NCBI GenBank assembly: GCA_964486045.1 | Contig: CAZALK010000001.1 | Location: 680,242 to 744,241 of the forward strand | DNA: 64,000 nt | Origin: an uncultured archaeon | GTDB lineage: Archaea > Asgardarchaeota > Lokiarchaeia > Sigyniarchaeales > SOKP01 | Direction of reading: 5' to 3' | Part shown: positions 10,225 to 20,316 of the stretch, piece by piece | Numbering within the stretch: the first letter of the stretch is position 1 | Layout of the letters: every line of letters starts with the position of its first letter | The notes under the pieces: generated by a model | Told to the model about the DNA's origin: nothing | Databases searched by the model: none | The model's input: only the letters and a program-made list of their open reading frames with translations | Position numbers and translations under genes: made by a program

Positions 10225-11442
10225 CTAATTACTACTGGTTTCATTTGAGTTTAAATCATCGATGCTTACTAAAGGGGATTTATCATCTTCCTTCTCAGTA
10301 TCCTTTAATTTAGGACTGTAATTGTTGGCGACAACGGGTTCAGACTCCTTTGGTAATAGTTTTCTCATCCATTCCGGAAAGGCAGTAGTAATTTGCAAGT
10401 TTGTCTTTAAGACTATATACATTTCACTATCATAATTAATTTCTTCAATTACGTCGTATTTCTTCAGAAATTCAATATTTTCCATTAATGAGTCTAGAGA
10501 CTTCTTTGAAACTAATTTTGGAAGTTTATCTTTTGAAATAAGTCCATTTCTTAACTCAGTAAGAACATTATACTTTTTAGGATCAGCCATTATCTGAAAT
10601 AGAGTAAATATATCTTCTTTTATTTCTTCAATGTTTTTTTTTTCATATTCACTAAAGTAATCTTGGACTTTTGGTAACAGTAATTCTATTAATTCAGGTT
10701 TATCATCTATATACTCTATTACACTATCCGGGGGTATTCTCTCTGCATTTACTTCCTTTAATAGAAGTACATATTTTTCTACTAGACCGATTTGATTTAT
10801 GAAAATGAATTGCCTATCTACTAAAGTTTTAATAATTTCATCGAAATCTTTATTTGGAAAATCCTCGATAAACCCTTCTCTTAGCCACTCCAGAGGTATT
10901 GGACCCTTTGATAACCTTTCTAAAGTTTCAAACATGTGTTTGTCATTCATTAAAATTGCTATTTTCTCTTCTTCAGTTTTTTCTCTTATATCTTCAATGA
11001 TAGTCCAGTATAAATTAATTAACCATGCCTTTACAAGGGCCTCATTCTTTATTATTATCTCTTTTTCATTTTCATGATAATTTACATCGTTAATATAAAA
11101 TGCCGTGTAAATTTCTTCATTTGATTGCAACTGCTCTGAGAATTCAATACATAGTTCTGATATTTTTTCCTCGATTTCTGGTAAAATTTGTTGATCGAAA
11201 ACCGCTGATACCATTAACATTTCCTTATTTCCACGAGCCCAATCAGAGTGAATTTCAAAATAGTAATTCATTGATTTTAAATTTTCAAAAGAGTGAGTAA
11301 AAAAACCTTCACTAAATTGTTGATCCATGATATTCGCTATTTTAACTGATAAATCTTTGCTTAAAGAATTTTTTGGGTATGAATAAAATACTAAAGGTCC
11401 GATCTTACGATGAAAATATGATATGGCTACAATAGTCTTCAA
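10225..11442 (-). CDS. Longin/uDENN domain protein with two winged-helix domains (NPRL2/FLCN-like)
   Basis: N-terminal FHRKIGPLVFYSYP resembles NPRL2 FHPTLGPKITYQVP; FEIHSDWARG resembles FLCN FFIKDSLARG; two C-terminal wHTH-like segments. Confidence 0.7.
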   Translation of the reverse strand: MKTIVAISYFHRKIGPLVFYSYPKNSLSKDLSVKIANIMDQQFSEGFFTHSFENLKSMNYYFEIHSDWARGNKEMLMVSAVFDQQILPEIEEKISELCIEFSEQLQSNEEIYTAFYINDVNYHENEKEIIIKNEALVKAWLINLYWTIIEDIREKTEEEKIAILMNDKHMFETLERLSKGPIPLEWLREGFIEDFPNKDFDEIIKTLVDRQFIFINQIGLVEKYVLLLKEVNAERIPPDSVIEYIDDKPELIELLLPKVQDYFSEYEKKNIEEIKEDIFTLFQIMADPKKYNVLTELRNGLISKDKLPKLVSKKSLDSLMENIEFLKKYDVIEEINYDSEMYIVLKTNLQITTAFPEWMRKLLPKESEPVVANNYSPKLKDTEKEDDKSPLVSIDDLNSNETSSN

Positions 11443-11654
11443 TTAGCGAATCTCCATTACGATTTTTCTTTTATATAAGCACTACAGCTATTTTTTAATG
11501 TTTAACCTAAAATAAATTAATATTAAAGATTATATATTATTAAAGATAAATAAATTTATCTTAACTCAACCTCTAATATCTTTAGGCAAATAAAATACGC
11601 AGTTTTTTTATTTTACTCTTTAAAATCTAATAAATAGAAAGGTTAGAATTAAAT

Positions 11655-12392
11655 ATGTGCCCAATAAAACTAATTGGATTCGATCTTGATGATTGTCTGT
11701 TTGACTCCACAAGATTATCTGATAGGGCTAGAATTAAAGGGATTGACGCAATGATTAACTTAGGTTTAAAAATCGATAGAAATGAAGCAATTCGGACAAT
11801 TTATGATATAGTGCTAGAATACGGTTCAAATTTTTCAAAACACTATAATTTCTTCATTCGAAGATTAAACCAATTAAATGAAAATATAGAATTTATCAGT
11901 TATAATGACCGATATAAATTTATTGCCGCAGCAGTTATGGCTTATCATGAAGAAAAAGTAAATTCAATAAAGTTATATGATGATGTTGAAATCTGTCTTA
12001 AAAAATTAAAGGATTCAGAAATTAAAACTGCAATTATTACTGATGGATTACCAATAAAACAATATGAGAAGATTTTGAGACTTAAAATTGATAATCTTTT
12101 CGATTTAATAATTATATCAGACGAAATTGGAATAAAAAAGCCAAACCCCGAGTTATTCAAATACTGGTTAAAGAAGTTTAATGTCAAAGGTGAAGAAGTT
12201 ATATATATAGGAGATCGAATTGATAAAGATATCTTTCCAGCAAATTTAAATAATATTCATAGTGTTTATCTTCATAGGGGAGGAAAACATGATAAATATG
12301 ATGACAATATAAAAAATGAGGGCCAATTCAAGCCAGATTATGAAATTACTAACTTAAATGAATTATTTGATATAATTCATGAAATCTCATAA
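11655..12392 (+). CDS. HAD-superfamily hydrolase (archaeal TIGR02253-type)
   Basis: FDLDD, ITDG, KKP, IGDR..KD motifs. Confidence 0.92.
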   Translation: MCPIKLIGFDLDDCLFDSTRLSDRARIKGIDAMINLGLKIDRNEAIRTIYDIVLEYGSNFSKHYNFFIRRLNQLNENIEFISYNDRYKFIAAAVMAYHEEKVNSIKLYDDVEICLKKLKDSEIKTAIITDGLPIKQYEKILRLKIDNLFDLIIISDEIGIKKPNPELFKYWLKKFNVKGEEVIYIGDRIDKDIFPANLNNIHSVYLHRGGKHDKYDDNIKNEGQFKPDYEITNLNELFDIIHEIS

Positions 12393-12418
12393 TAAAGAAA
12401 TTAGAGAATAGTCAAAAA

Positions 12419-13231
12419 ATGAAAATAGCGTGTATTCAGCCCCAAATATTGCAAGAAAGAAGTCAGTGTTACCTCGAAATTGAAAAAACTTTAAAGAAGT
12501 TAATTGAAAAACATAATAAGACTGAAATAATTTGTTTACCAGAAAAGTGGGTTCCCTTTTCCAAGAATTTAAACGAAATTCTTCAAGAGGAGCGAGGAGA
12601 TGACTACATTTTCTTTAAAAATTTGGCTAAAAAATATAACATCAAAATAATATCTGGAGCGATTTGGGAAAATAGAGATAGTTCTGAAAAACCAGCAATT
12701 ACTTGCTATCTTATTGATGAGAATGGTGAGGAGATTGGTAGACAAGATAAGATCCACCTTTATGCATATGAACAAGAACTGTTCGAACCAGGAAACGTGT
12801 TAAATCTATTTAAAATAGAAAAATCGTATTGTTTTGCAATTCTCATATGCTTTGATATGGCTTTTTTTGAAACCCCTCGTGTAGCTGTCGAAAATGGAGC
12901 GGATATTTTATTTTCCCCAACTCAAATAGGGGAGGATGGAATGTTTAATTGGGACATTTATTTAAAAGCGCGGGCTCTAGAAAATCGGGTACCTATTGTA
13001 GCATGTAACACTTTTGGTAGGCATCTTCGAAGAGTGTTTCGTGGAGAAAGCAAAATTATATCATTTCTAAAAGGAAGTGTATCTCCTTCAAAATTAAAAA
13101 TATCAGAAGGGCCTAGTGGTTCAAGCGGGTTTATTTTTGATGATATTGATTTAGATTTTCCAAGAAAGCTTAGAAAAATTCGATTAAATGAAAAAATTGA
13201 CAAAAATAAAATTAAAGTGAAGAAAATTTAG
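12419..13231 (+). CDS. Carbon-nitrogen hydrolase (nitrilase family)
   Basis: LPE, KIHL, ICFD catalytic triad; ARALEN. Confidence 0.92.
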   Translation: MKIACIQPQILQERSQCYLEIEKTLKKLIEKHNKTEIICLPEKWVPFSKNLNEILQEERGDDYIFFKNLAKKYNIKIISGAIWENRDSSEKPAITCYLIDENGEEIGRQDKIHLYAYEQELFEPGNVLNLFKIEKSYCFAILICFDMAFFETPRVAVENGADILFSPTQIGEDGMFNWDIYLKARALENRVPIVACNTFGRHLRRVFRGESKIISFLKGSVSPSKLKISEGPSGSSGFIFDDIDLDFPRKLRKIRLNEKIDKNKIKVKKI

Positions 13232-13253
13232 GTTAAAAATAATATAAAGGAAC

Positions 13254-14210
13254 ATGAAAAATTCTATAGAATTACAAAAAATTCTATTTACAGGCCTAGA
13301 AGACGGAGGGAAAACTTCAATTCTTTTATCATTAGATAAAAAATTTAGTTTATTGCCCACAGTTCAACCCACAATAAAAACAAAGAGAACTTTTTATACA
13401 AACTCATTATTAGGAATTCAAATTACCCGGTGGGATTTAGGAGGTCAAAAATTATATAGAAAAATATATATCAATGAAAAAAGTAAATACTTTACTGAAA
13501 CACAATCTATTTTTTATGTAATTGATATTCAATCACCACGTAAATTTGAGGAAGCTTTAATATATCTCAAAGATATTATTAATGCTGTTTCAGAAAATCA
13601 TGTTAAAAATTTTCAGCTTTTAATATTACTCCATAAATTTGATCCAGATATTAAAAGCAGGAGTGATATAATTGAGAATCAAAATTTTCTCGAGTCCCAA
13701 ATTACAAAAATTATTGGAAATTTAAAATTTTCGATTTATAAAACTTCAATTTATGATGTAGCCACATTATTAAAAGCTTTTTCTGATGGAGTTTTTTATG
13801 CCACACATAAATCTAAAATGTTTCAAGCACTATTAAAGGATTACATGGGAAAAACATTCAATAGTGTTACACTCTTATTAGATCAGAATTGTTTTATCAT
13901 TGCCAGTAGATCTACGAATGAAGATTATCAAAGAATTTGTGAAGAGATTGCTCCACGACTAACTCAAGCTCTTGAAAAACTCGAAGAATGGGCAATAAAT
14001 ACTATTGATATAGTTACAACAATCGAATTTCCAGAAAAGCACTCAGATTTCCAAAAAAAAGGTATTATTTTTCTTAGGAAACTAGATATTACTAATACAA
14101 GATTCTATCTTATTGCTCTTTGCTTAAATAAAAATGTTAAACTCAGGGCGTATGAATATTTACCTTTATTAGCAGATAATTTAAAGAACTTATTAGAAAG
14201 TTTTGAATAA
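13254..14210 (+). CDS. Rag/Gtr-like small GTPase with C-terminal roadblock-like domain
   Basis: G1 GLEDGGKTS, G3 WDLGGQ, G4 HKFD, G5 TSIYD (Rag-type); C-terminal LLDQNCFIIAS roadblock pattern. Confidence 0.85.
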   Translation: MKNSIELQKILFTGLEDGGKTSILLSLDKKFSLLPTVQPTIKTKRTFYTNSLLGIQITRWDLGGQKLYRKIYINEKSKYFTETQSIFYVIDIQSPRKFEEALIYLKDIINAVSENHVKNFQLLILLHKFDPDIKSRSDIIENQNFLESQITKIIGNLKFSIYKTSIYDVATLLKAFSDGVFYATHKSKMFQALLKDYMGKTFNSVTLLLDQNCFIIASRSTNEDYQRICEEIAPRLTQALEKLEEWAINTIDIVTTIEFPEKHSDFQKKGIIFLRKLDITNTRFYLIALCLNKNVKLRAYEYLPLLADNLKNLLESFE

Positions 14211-14430
14211 ATTTTTTTTCTTGAAAGAAAGAATTCTCTTTAAGTGAGAATTTTTAATTGATTTTTAGATGATAATTAATCATTACGAAGACAGAATACA
14301 AGATGATTAAAAGCTAACCAAACTTGAATTTCTTCCAAAGTCATTATTTATTTTTACTTTTAGTGACCCCTCTCTGGGGGGGTTTAAATACTTTAATTTT
14401 AACCAATTAGAAAAAATAATAACATAAAAA

Positions 14431-15624
14431 ATGACCTTTATGCTCGATTTTGATCAACGTTTTGTGGGACCAAAAGCAATTTTTGACCCAAATTTTATTC
14501 CTCCTCAATTGTTGTTTAGAAAAAAAGAAATTATATCATTGAATTCTATTTTAACTGACTCTCTTTCTGATGGATTTTGCCTTAATATACTCTATCAAGG
14601 AATTAATGGAATAGGGAAAAAAGTAATAGCTAACAAAGTTATAGATGATCTCTCAAGAGAAAATAACGGATACAATGATATTCATAAAGTGTTTATAGAT
14701 TGTAAGGAGAAAAATTTTGAAGAATTGACATTTTCTGTATTAAACGACTTGGTTAATATTTCTAAACTTGATTTTAATTTTGAATCCCTCCTGAACTCAA
14801 ATCTGTCACATTTATGGAATGTCTTTAAATTAATCTGCAAAAAAACTGATCTTAACCTTTTCTTTATTTTTGCTAATGTAGAACATTTAAAACCAGATAT
14901 ATTTAAAAAATTTCTCCACCTTGGAAAAGAAAATAATATCACCTCAATTTATACTATCAACAAAATACTGCGACCAACAACAATCGATATCCTATCTGAA
15001 TTTGATTTAAAAAAAAAGTTGAGTTATTTTTCTTACAAAGAACTGTTTTCTATTCTGAAACAAAGAGTTTTATTGACTTTTTCACATGAAGTAGATGAAG
15101 ACCTCATTAAATATATTACAGATTTAATTTGTGAGCAATATGTTCCAGTCCCAGGAAAAGGAATAGAAATAATAAGAGATATATATCCCATATTAAAAGA
15201 AAATCAAATTATATGTGATTTTAGGTTAATAGAACTGTGCCAGAGTCATTTTGACCATATGCAAATTAATGATGAATTTTCTATGTTGAATTATATGTCT
15301 GAAAAAGATTTTTTAAATATCATATTTTTAGACAATCTCTCAAATTATTTTATAAGTAATATGAATTACTACATCGCATTAAATGAACTTGAAGAGATTT
15401 ACAGTATATCTTGTGAATCTTTAGAATATGTAAAGAATATGAATGAATTTCATGATATAATTAAAGAATTATCAAGTATAGGAATATTAAGACCATCGAA
15501 GAAATCTCAAAAGAAAAAAATTTCATCTTTCTTTGATAATTCCGCAAATACCGACTCCTACTTTATGGTTATAAGTCCAAATCAATTAAAAGCTCTTATT
15601 GATACTTTATTTGAAAGATATTAA
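14431..15624 (+). CDS. Divergent Orc1/Cdc6-family protein, probably ATPase-inactive
   Basis: FDPNFIPPQLLFRKKEI N-terminal signature, AAA+ lid (YKELFSILKQR), C-terminal wHTH; Walker A GINGIGKK, Walker B FANVE. Confidence 0.8.
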   Translation: MTFMLDFDQRFVGPKAIFDPNFIPPQLLFRKKEIISLNSILTDSLSDGFCLNILYQGINGIGKKVIANKVIDDLSRENNGYNDIHKVFIDCKEKNFEELTFSVLNDLVNISKLDFNFESLLNSNLSHLWNVFKLICKKTDLNLFFIFANVEHLKPDIFKKFLHLGKENNITSIYTINKILRPTTIDILSEFDLKKKLSYFSYKELFSILKQRVLLTFSHEVDEDLIKYITDLICEQYVPVPGKGIEIIRDIYPILKENQIICDFRLIELCQSHFDHMQINDEFSMLNYMSEKDFLNIIFLDNLSNYFISNMNYYIALNELEEIYSISCESLEYVKNMNEFHDIIKELSSIGILRPSKKSQKKKISSFFDNSANTDSYFMVISPNQLKALIDTLFERY

Positions 15625-15795
15625 TTATATTTGATGGAAACTTAATTCTTTAAATCAAAGTGAGGAATTATAAGCGGGAAACTCTATCAAAAATCAAAGG
15701 CAATTTGAGTTTTTTTATATTTACGACATGCCTATTATATATATATTGGGAATTACTCTATTTTTTATAATAAAGGTAGCAAATGGAGATTAATT

Positions 15796-18700
15796 TTGAC
15801 TTACATTAAAAAAATATCCATGACTGGTTTCAAATCATTTGGAGACCGTACCGTAACAATAAAACTCTCAAGTGGTTTTACTTGCATAGTGGGGCCTAAC
15901 GGGGCTGGAAAATCCAATATTATTGATGCCTTGTGCTTCGCCTTAGGAAGATTAAGTAAGAAAACAATGAGAGCCAAAAGCCTGGAAGATTTGATTTTTG
16001 CTGGATCTCGTGGTAAGAATCCTTCCCAAAGAGCATCAGTCACGATGTTTTTTGATAACTCTGATAATATTTTTCCAGGAGGTACTGATACTTTTGAGAT
16101 TACTCGTACAATAAAAAGAGGAGGGGGCGGTGGTTACAAGATGAATGGAACAAAGTCTACCCGCCAACAAATTCTGAATGCATTAGCCGCCGCAAATATT
16201 GATCCTGATGGCAGCAATCAATTTGTCTTACAAGGAAAGATCGTTGAGTTAACTCATATGAATGCTGAAAGACGAAGATTTTTCATTGAAGACCTTATAG
16301 GACTTCAAAAATACGATGAAATGAAAGATTCTACATTGAAAGAACTAGAAAAAGCAGAAAGAGATTTGGGGCAATTTGAAGCAATTTTCAATGAAGTATC
16401 GTCTCAACTTAAAAAAGTTGAAAAAGAGAAAAATGACGCGCTATTATGGAAGGAGTTTGATGAGCAAATAAACTCTTTAAATTCTCAGTTAATTGCATTA
16501 AAAATATTAAAATTGAGGGATGAAGAAGATGATTTGGAAAAGAAAATTGAATCTTCTTTAAAAATTACTGAAGAATTAAAGGAAAAAATTAATCGACAAG
16601 AATCTTTACTTACACAAGAATCACTTGTTATGGATAACATTCAAACAACAATAAACGAGAAGGAAAAGGAAAAAGAAGAAATAACTGAGGTTATTACTCA
16701 ACTAAAAACCAAAATTTCTTCCAACCAAACAACATCAAACATCGCTGAACAATCAATAGCAAAAGTGCATAAAGAAATAGAAAATCTAACAAAAATGCAA
16801 ATGAAACTCGAACAAGGTCAAACTATTGATATCTTAATGGAAGGTGTTGTATATGATATTAATGAATGCGAAAATAAAATCGAAGAAGCTAAGAAAGAAA
16901 TCGAGAAAAGACAACAAACCCAATCAGAGCTAGATTCTAAAATAAAAAATAATGAAGAAGAAAAATCATTATTCAATAGTGACATCTCAAAAATACGACA
17001 AGATATTTCATCAAATAATGCTCAAATTAAAGTGTTAAAGGATAACATCAAGAAGAATGAAGATAAGAAGGTTAAGTTAGAGGTTGAATTGAATAAACTA
17101 AAAAAAGACGCTGAAAGTATAGATGAAGCTATTGATGATGCAAAGAAGGTAGAAAAAGTAATAAGATCACAGATAAATAATTTAAAAACTCAACTCGTTG
17201 AGGAAAATCAGAAACAAAAAGATTTGGAGAAACAAATAAATAATTTTCAAGAAGCTAAAAATCAATTAAATACAAAATTGATAAATTTACAATCTAATCT
17301 ATCATCTCTTAATACAGAGATTAATATGAATAACGGGAGTATTCAAGATTTAAACACTAAGAAGACAGATATTGAAACAAAAATTCAGGAATTGAGTAAA
17401 GGTAAAGATACAGAGGTAGTAGTAAAAGAACTATTAAGTCAGAATGAGAAAGTAAATAAGGAAATAAATGAACAAAAAGGAAAATTAAAAAAAAAAAACT
17501 CAAACTATAAAAAAAATGAGCAAGCCCTAGAACTGCTAAAAGTGAAAAAAGAATCTTTTGGATCTGAACTTAATGATAATAAAGGAAAAATAGATACCCT
17601 AAGCACAGAAGTAAAAATATTTACAAAAGAATATACGAAACTTGAACGAGAAAAAAATAGCTTAGATTTACAGGTAAACACATTAAATAAAAATATTTTA
17701 AATATAGAAGATGAATTAGAGAAATTTAGTCGAAAAAAGGATAATGTCCAAGGACGCTTAGAAGACCTTTCAAAAGAGAAAGAAAATTTATTAAAGAAAG
17801 TAGAATCTTCCGAAATGGAATATGAGAAGAACGCTACAGATATTACTGGAATTCTACAGATATTAAATATGCTTACTCAAAACATTAATATCTCGGTTGA
17901 ATCCATTAAAGGTAATATACAACAATCTAATGCAGAGGCAATCGAGACATCTGCTGAAGATTTTAAAAAATATGTTTTGGATATTGTCGACATTATGAAA
18001 ACAGTTGAAGAACTTGGTAGTGAAACAGAACAAGTAACTGAAACGTCAATGATGCTCAAGTCTATTATGAAAACTCTAAAATTGTTCACTGATAATGCCG
18101 ATGGTACGATTTTTCAATTAATTGAGAAAGTTAAAGAATCAGCAGATGTAGAAATTCAATCTTCCACAATGACTTTTGATAATTTCGTTCAAGATCTCAT
18201 GGAAATCCTCGAAAATGTCTATATTTCTCTAAGAAAATTAACTATGTCGAAAAGTCAAGAATTATATAAACAATTGGAGGAAATATCTGAAAATATCAAC
18301 TCCCAAACTGGTGATTTTAATCTTATAGAAAAGAGATTAACAGAAATTAATATCCAAACAAAATTCTATACTGAAAATGCTTCATCAATTAATCGTAGAC
18401 TTGATGAAATCAACAAAAGGAATCTGGAATTAAATGAGAGAATTTCAAAATCAAATCAAGAAATAAATGTAAGAACTGGTGTTATAAACGAGAGGAAAAA
18501 GGAGAAAGAAAATATTGAGCAAGAAATACAAAAATTAGAGGGTATTAAAGAGACTTTTTGGGATGATATATCGAAAATCCAAGATAATATTGAGAAAAAA
18601 CAATTAGATTTAGAAAATTCAAGAGATAAATTGCACGAATTACATGGAATCCAAAATTTGTTTGAGAATATAGTGGAAATCGAAGAAAATATCCAAAAAC

Positions 18701-20250
18701 TAAATAGCATAATTGATGAAAAGAAAAATATAATCATTAATACACAAGAAATTATAGAAAAGTATCAAGAGGAACAAAATTCATTACAAAATGATATTGA
18801 TGCTCTCGCTTTAAAAAAAGATAATTTTTGGGAAATGACAAGTAGTATTCAGAAACAGATAGGAGATAGAAATAAAGAACTAGAAGAAGTCATGGATCGA
18901 TTGAGAGCACTTGAAAATGTTATGAGGACAATTAACACAATTGAAGACATAACAAATGAAAATGTTGAAGCAAAAGATAATATTGAAATTAGTCTAAAAC
19001 AAATAAATGAGTTTAATTCTCAAGTAGATGAAATACAAACTAAAGTAGATCAAACCCAAAAGATAGTAGATTCACTCAGAAATGAAAAAATTAAGGAATT
19101 AGAATCACAAAAGAGTGCCCAAAAAGAATTAAATAAAATTAATAAGGATTTACAAAAACACCAAAAAAAATTAAATGAGTTAAATAAAAATAAGGAAAGA
19201 GAGCAAAAAATTGTTGAATTGAATCAAGAGATAGTAGAGACTGAAAAGCAAATACGATCGGTATTAAAAGAATTGGAATCTTTTAGAGGTGAGTTGGATT
19301 CAGAAAGTGTGAAAAAAGATGCCAAACAAGATGAAATTGATAGATTAGCCAAAGAAAAGGATAATTCTTGGAAGAAACAGAAACAACATCAAAAAATGAT
19401 TTCTGATTTTAAGTCAGATCTTTCAATGGAAAATTCTAAGAAGAACAATTTTGAATCCAAAAAAATCATCTGCGCTGATCAAATAGAAACATACTTCCAA
19501 AGATCTAAGGAATATGGTTCTTTACCACCTGTTACTGAAGACCTCTCGGAAGGTGAATTGCAATCAGATATTGTTGAAGCAACAAATAATAAAAAAGTCC
19601 TTGAACCTGTTAATTTAAAGGCAATTGAACAATATGATGCAGTAAAGGAAAGATTTGATGAAATTGACATGCGTAGGCAAACAATTCAGAGAGAAAGGAA
19701 ATCAATTCTAGATGCTATAGATAAAATTGAGCTGGAAAAAACGCGTACATTCATGAAATCTTATCATGAAATAAATCGTGAATTTTCACGGGTATTTCAG
19801 AAATTATCTCCAGGAGGTTCAGCAAAAATGATACTAGATCGTCCCGATAAACCGTTTGAAGGAGGAATTAGTATAGAAGCGAGACCAAGAGGTAAAAAGA
19901 TTAGTTCACTTGAAATTTTAAGCGGTGGTGAAAAAACGCTCGTGGCTCTCTCATTTATCTTTGCCGTCCAGGAATTCTATCCCGCGCCTTTTTACGTTTT
20001 AGATGAGATCGATGCGGCTCTCGATGGTCCTAATGTACACAGAACGTCTGTGGTCATACAGGAATTTTCAAAACAAGCGCAATTCTTGGTTATTAGTCAT
20101 AGAGAGGAGAATATCGTAAATTCTGATAGAATTTATGGCGTCACTATGCAACAATCAGGCGTAACAGATATCTTTAGTGTCGATTTGGAGGAAGAAGCAA
20201 AACGGTTATTAGATCTTGAAGATATCGAGCCTACCATTGCAGAAAACTAA
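15796..20250 (+). CDS. smc: Chromosome segregation ATPase Smc (extended arms, non-canonical hinge)
   Basis: GFKSF, GPNGAGKSN, Q-loop VLQG, LSGGEK, LDEIDAALD, ISH; long coiled coils. Confidence 0.93.
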   Translation: MTYIKKISMTGFKSFGDRTVTIKLSSGFTCIVGPNGAGKSNIIDALCFALGRLSKKTMRAKSLEDLIFAGSRGKNPSQRASVTMFFDNSDNIFPGGTDTFEITRTIKRGGGGGYKMNGTKSTRQQILNALAAANIDPDGSNQFVLQGKIVELTHMNAERRRFFIEDLIGLQKYDEMKDSTLKELEKAERDLGQFEAIFNEVSSQLKKVEKEKNDALLWKEFDEQINSLNSQLIALKILKLRDEEDDLEKKIESSLKITEELKEKINRQESLLTQESLVMDNIQTTINEKEKEKEEITEVITQLKTKISSNQTTSNIAEQSIAKVHKEIENLTKMQMKLEQGQTIDILMEGVVYDINECENKIEEAKKEIEKRQQTQSELDSKIKNNEEEKSLFNSDISKIRQDISSNNAQIKVLKDNIKKNEDKKVKLEVELNKLKKDAESIDEAIDDAKKVEKVIRSQINNLKTQLVEENQKQKDLEKQINNFQEAKNQLNTKLINLQSNLSSLNTEINMNNGSIQDLNTKKTDIETKIQELSKGKDTEVVVKELLSQNEKVNKEINEQKGKLKKKNSNYKKNEQALELLKVKKESFGSELNDNKGKIDTLSTEVKIFTKEYTKLEREKNSLDLQVNTLNKNILNIEDELEKFSRKKDNVQGRLEDLSKEKENLLKKVESSEMEYEKNATDITGILQILNMLTQNINISVESIKGNIQQSNAEAIETSAEDFKKYVLDIVDIMKTVEELGSETEQVTETSMMLKSIMKTLKLFTDNADGTIFQLIEKVKESADVEIQSSTMTFDNFVQDLMEILENVYISLRKLTMSKSQELYKQLEEISENINSQTGDFNLIEKRLTEINIQTKFYTENASSINRRLDEINKRNLELNERISKSNQEINVRTGVINERKKEKENIEQEIQKLEGIKETFWDDISKIQDNIEKKQLDLENSRDKLHELHGIQNLFENIVEIEENIQKLNSIIDEKKNIIINTQEIIEKYQEEQNSLQNDIDALALKKDNFWEMTSSIQKQIGDRNKELEEVMDRLRALENVMRTINTIEDITNENVEAKDNIEISLKQINEFNSQVDEIQTKVDQTQKIVDSLRNEKIKELESQKSAQKELNKINKDLQKHQKKLNELNKNKEREQKIVELNQEIVETEKQIRSVLKELESFRGELDSESVKKDAKQDEIDRLAKEKDNSWKKQKQHQKMISDFKSDLSMENSKKNNFESKKIICADQIETYFQRSKEYGSLPPVTEDLSEGELQSDIVEATNNKKVLEPVNLKAIEQYDAVKERFDEIDMRRQTIQRERKSILDAIDKIELEKTRTFMKSYHEINREFSRVFQKLSPGGSAKMILDRPDKPFEGGISIEARPRGKKISSLEILSGGEKTLVALSFIFAVQEFYPAPFYVLDEIDAALDGPNVHRTSVVIQEFSKQAQFLVISHREENIVNSDRIYGVTMQQSGVTDIFSVDLEEEAKRLLDLEDIEPTIAEN

Positions 20251-20316
20251 TAAAAACGCGTTACAGACAACCAGACATTCCCACGAGAACTTGAGTTTAA
20301 AATAAAAATAAAAAGT

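Noticed and set aside
15796-20250. Smc as a Wadjet JetC, Rad50 or SbcC
   Set aside because: Head motifs are canonical Smc-type; no Zn hook and no Mre11 or JetABD neighbours.
20251-20316. att site or terminal repeat at the island's left edge
   Set aside because: Only a short ACTTGAGTT match near 39122, expected by chance; no integrase or tRNA present.
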